From: Chiloscyllium plagiosum
Taxonomy: Eukaryota
Length of the DNA: 64,000 nt
NCBI RefSeq assembly: GCF_004010195.1
Contig: NC_057751.1
Coordinates: 6,893,934-6,957,933, forward strand
Direction of reading: 5' to 3'
This document shows positions 63,205-64,000 of the stretch, piece after piece. Every line of letters starts with the position of its first letter. The stretch's first letter is position 1. The translations under genes were made by a program, and so were the position numbers. Under the pieces are notes generated by a model. The model ran no database searches. It was not told where the DNA came from and was given only the letters and a program-made list of their open reading frames with translations.

Positions 63205-63740
63205 ACAAAAACAGAAACTGCTGGAAAAATCAGCAGGTTCAACAGCAGAGGGAAAGAAAGCAGATTTGGGTTTGATAATGCTTCGTCGGAACAGAGTCTA
63301 GCTGGGAAAAGGTTGGTCTACATGCTGAAGACGGGGAGGAGTTAATGATAGCAGGTGATGGAGACCTGCAGAGAGAAAGAGAAGATTAGTTGGGCAATGG
63401 AATGGGTGGAAGTAGAATCAGTGGAGAATCAATCGCTGTCAATGAGGGTCATTAGTGGCTGACTGAAATGATTGAAAACAAAAATCTCAGCAGGTCAGGT
63501 TGCATCCGTGGAGAGAGAGCAAGCTAAACTTTTGAGTCTAGATGACTCTTCATCAGAGCTGGTTAGTTTGTTCTCCATGGGTGTTGCCTGATCCACTGTG
63601 ATTTCCAGCATTTTTTGTTTTCAGTACATATTCCAGCATCTGCAGTAATTTGCTCTTGAACTTATAAAACTCGATATTAAGTCTGAAAGGCTGTAAGGTC
63701 TCCAAGCATAAAATGACATGCTGATCTTAAGCTCTGAGCA
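63205..63740 (-). mobile_element. Degraded PLE 3' end containing a nested palindromic pLTR element (about 63474-63655)
   Basis: Resembles 53813-54240; inner arms gcaggtcaggttgcatccgtggagaga and tctccatgggtgttgcctgatcc; decayed minus-strand motif CUGAUGA-A-GAGUC-AUCUA-GACUC-AAAA. Confidence 0.6.
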
Positions 63741-63802
63741 ATTTACGTTTGTTGCTGTTCCCCTCCAGTTGGATGACCTCTGACCCAGCTTTGAGGACCT
63801 AA

Positions 63803-63895
63803 TTTGTACACACCGCCCGTCGCTACGACCGATTGGATGGTTTAGTGAGGTCCTCGGTTCGGCACCGCCAGTGTCGGACAAGACCCTGGTGGAGC
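63803..63895 (+). pseudogene. 18S rRNA fragment (3' minor domain, 5' strand of helix 44) followed by A9
   Basis: tttgtacacaccgcccgtcgctacgaccgattggatggtttagtgaggtcctcgg..cctggtggagc contains the universal SSU motif GTACACACCGCCCGTC and vertebrate-type downstream sequence with several substitutions; A-run at 63896-63904. Confidence 0.9.
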
Positions 63896-63908
63896 AAAAA
63901 AAAACAGT

Positions 63909-64000
63909 GGGTGGCACGGTGGCTCAGTGGTTAGCACTGCTGCCTCACAGCGCCAGAGACCTGGGTTCAATTCCCGCCTCAGGCGACTGACTGTGTGGAG
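63909..64000 (+). mobile_element. HE1 SINE 5' part, cut by the window end
   Basis: gggtggcacggtggctcagtggttagcactgctgcctcacagcgccagagacctgggttcaattcccgcctcaggcgactgactgtgtggag. Confidence 0.92.

Noticed and set aside
63803..63895. Functional rDNA unit or contamination
   Set aside because: Only 93 nt, diverged, A-tailed and embedded in shark-type repeats with no flanking rDNA.

Overview
Vertebrate genomic DNA from a cartilaginous fish. The HE1/V-SINEs with (TAATC)n tails, CR1 LINEs and Deu-SINEs point to an elasmobranch, plausibly a bamboo shark; the species is inferred. The only host coding sequence I can support is a single + strand exon, exon 2 of the netrin receptor UNC5D (11152-11364). 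The rest is intronic and dense in transposons: CR1 LINEs, HE1 and other tRNA-derived SINEs, Tigger/pogo-type MITEs, solo LTRs and many Penelope-like (PLE) relics. The most notable layer is at least four sequence families of short PLE-derived elements carrying minimal type I hammerhead-ribozyme motifs (CUGANGA-stem II-GAAA-palindromic stem III). Many are 140-400 bp, often palindromic, non-coding insertions with 8-15 bp target-site duplications, and one is nested inside a relative. Other notable items: an A-tailed 18S rRNA fragment abutting an HE1 SINE at the window end, two near-perfect tandem duplications that look like haplotype artefacts, a CpG-rich intronic island, and a 732-N gap inside a young PLE. 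All family calls were made by eye; no searches were run.
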